Source of the DNA: Rhynchopus sp. YZ270_cl-10
Lineage: Eukaryota
Assembly (NCBI GenBank): GCA_964035575.1
Contig: OZ037838.1
Location: forward strand, 2,032,990-2,052,989
DNA: 20,000 nucleotides
Reading direction: 5' to 3'
Shown: in pieces, positions 17,699-20,000 of the stretch
Layout: every line of letters begins with the position of its first letter
Numbering within the stretch: position 1 is the stretch's first letter
Notes under the pieces: generated by a model
Told to the model about the DNA's origin: nothing
The model's input: only the letters and a program-made list of their open reading frames with translations
The model's database searches: none
Program-made: the position numbers and the translations under genes

Positions 17699-20000
17699 AA
17701 ACCCGCAAACCCGCAAACCCGCAAACCCGCAAACCCGCAAACCCGCAAACCCGCAAACCCGCAAACCCGCAAACCCGCAAACCCGCAAACCCGCAAACCC
17801 GCAAACCCGCAAACCCGCAAACCCGCAAACCCGCAAACCCGCAAACCCGCAAACCCGCAAACCCGCAAACCCGCAAACCCGCAAACCCGCAAACCCGCAA
17901 ACCCGCAAACCCGCAAACCCGCAAACCCGCAAACCCGCAAACCCGCAAACCCGCAAACCCGCAAACCCGCAAACCCGCAAACCCGCAAACCCGCAAACCC
18001 GCAAACCCGCAAACCCGCAAACCCGCAAACCCGCAAACCCGCAAACCCGTAAACCCGCAAACCCGCAAACCCGCAAACCCGCAAACCCGCAAACCCGCAA
18101 ACCCGCAAACCCGCAAACCCGCAAACCCGCAAACCCGCAAACCCGCAAACCCGCAAACCCGCAAACCCGTAAACCCGCAAACCCGCAAACCCGCAAACCC
18201 GCAAACCCGCAAACCCGCAAACCCGCAAACCCGCAAACCCGCAAACCCGTAAACCCGCAAACCCGCAAACCCGCAAACCCGCAAACCCGCAAACCCGCAA
18301 ACCCGCAAACCCGCAAACCCGCAAACCCGCAAACCCGCAAACCCGCAAACCCGCAAACCCGCAAACCCGCAAACCCGCAAACCCGCAAACCCGCAAACCC
18401 GCAAACCCGCAAACCCGCAAACCCGCAAACCCGCAAACCCGCAAACCCGCAAACCCGCAAACCCGCAAACCCGCAAACCCGCAAACCCGCAAACCCGCAA
18501 ACCCGCAAACCCGCAAACCCGCAAACCCGCAAACCCGCAAACCCGCAAACCCGCAAACCCGCAAACCCGCAAACCCGCAAACCCGCAAACCCGCAAACCC
18601 GCAAACCCGCAAACCCGCAAACCCGCAAACCCGCAAACCCGCAAACCCGCAAACCCGCAAACCCGCAAACCCGCAAACCCGCAAACCCGCAAACCCGCAA
18701 ACCCGCAAACCCGCAAACCCGCAAACCCGCAAACCCGCAAACCCGCAAACCCGCAAACCCGCAAACCCGCAAACCCGCAAACCCGCAAACCCGCAAACCC
18801 GCAAACCCGCAAACCCGCAAACCCGCAAACCCGCAAACCCGCAAACCCGCAAACCCGCAAACCCGCAAACCCGCAAACCCGCAAACCCGCAAACCCGCAA
18901 ACCCGCAAACCCGCAAACCCGCAAACCCGCAAACCCGCAAACCCGCAAACCCGCAAACCCGCAAACCCGCAAACCCGCAAACCCGCAAACCCGCAAACCC
19001 GCAAACCCGCAAACCCGCAAACCCGCAAACCCGCAAACCCGCAAACCCGCAAACCCGCAAACCCGCAAACCCGCAAACCCGCAAACCCGCAAACCCGCAA
19101 ACCCGCAAACCCGCAAACCCGCAAACCCGCAAACCCGCAAACCCGCAAACCCGCAAACCCGCAAACCCGCAAACCCGCAAACCCGCAAACCCGCAAACCC
19201 GCAAACCCGCAAACCCGCAAACCCGCAAACCCGCAAACCCGCAAACCCGCAAACCCGCAAACCCGCAAACCCGCAAACCCGCAAACCCGCAAACCCGCAA
19301 ACCCGCAAACCCGCAAACCCGCAAACCCGCAAACCCGCAAACCCGCAAACCCGCAAACCCGCAAACCCGCAAACCCGCAAACCCGCAAACCCGCAAACCC
19401 GCAAACCCGCAAACCCGCAAACCCGCAAACCCGCAAACCCGCAAACCCGCAAACCCGCAAACCCGCAAACCCGCAAACCCGCAAACCCGCAAACCCGCAA
19501 ACCCGCAAACCCGCAAACCCGCAAACCCGCAAACCCGCAAACCCGCAAACCCGCAAACCCGCAAACCCGCAAACCCGCAAACCCGCAAACCCGCAAACCC
19601 GCAAACCCGCAAACCCGCAAACCCGCAAACCCGCAAACCCGCAAACCCGCAAACCCGCAAACCCGCAAACCCGCAAACCCGCAAACCCGCAAACCCGCAA
19701 ACCCGCAAACCCGCAAACCCGCAAACCCGCAAACCCGCAAACCCGCAAACCCGCAAACCCGCAAACCCGCAAACCGCAAACCCGCAAACCCGCAAACCCG
19801 CAAACCCGCAAACCCGCAAACCCGCAAACCCGCAAACCCGCAAACCCGCAAACCCGCAAACCCGCAAACCCGCAAACCCGCAAACCCGCAAACCCGCAAA
19901 CCCGCAAACCCGCAAACCCGCAAACCCGCAAACCCGCAAACCCGCAAACCCGCAAACCCGCAAACCCGCAAACCCGCAAACCCGCAAACCCGCAAACCCG
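17699..20000. repeat. (AAACCCGC)n array 3 (>2.3 kb, ~287 units, runs off the window)
   Basis: Direct reading; AAACCCGT variants at 18050, 18170 and 18250, and a 1-nt deletion unit at 19771-19777. Confidence 0.98.

Noticed and set aside
17670..19995. Long ORFs of RVCGFAGL / PQTRKPAN repeats (also 8996-9709, 14024-14688)
   Set aside because: Translation of a stop-free 8-mer repeat, open in all frames, with no coding signal.

Overview
Eukaryotic repetitive DNA in two parts separated by a 200-N scaffold gap (9168-9367). Left of the gap are two divergent non-LTR retrotransposons, tail-to-tail and joined at a 30-nt poly(A)/(T) tract. They look CRE-like, with reverse transcriptase (RT) and restriction-like endonuclease (RLE). 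Element 1 (+, >2088 aa, 5'-truncated by the window) has zinc fingers, RT and RLE. After the RLE it carries an unusual extension: OTU-like cysteine protease, Cys-rich finger, coiled coil/polyQ and a small terminal motif. It probably also has a second OTU-like domain at its N-terminus. Element 2 (-, cut by the gap) shows the same RLE-OTU-Cys finger-terminal motif order. Right of the gap are three arrays of a telomere-like 8-mer, (AAACCCGC)n = (TTTGCGGG)n. Two related non-coding cassettes (4506 and 3109 bp) interrupt them in exact register. Each cassette begins and ends with ACTAG and consists of a ~790-bp left arm, a variable number of ~349-bp satellite monomers and a ~600-bp right arm. The most interesting hypothesis is a non-canonical telomere repeat with a repeat-targeted cassette family plus OTU-bearing RLE retroelements. 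The gap means physical linkage of the two halves is unproven.
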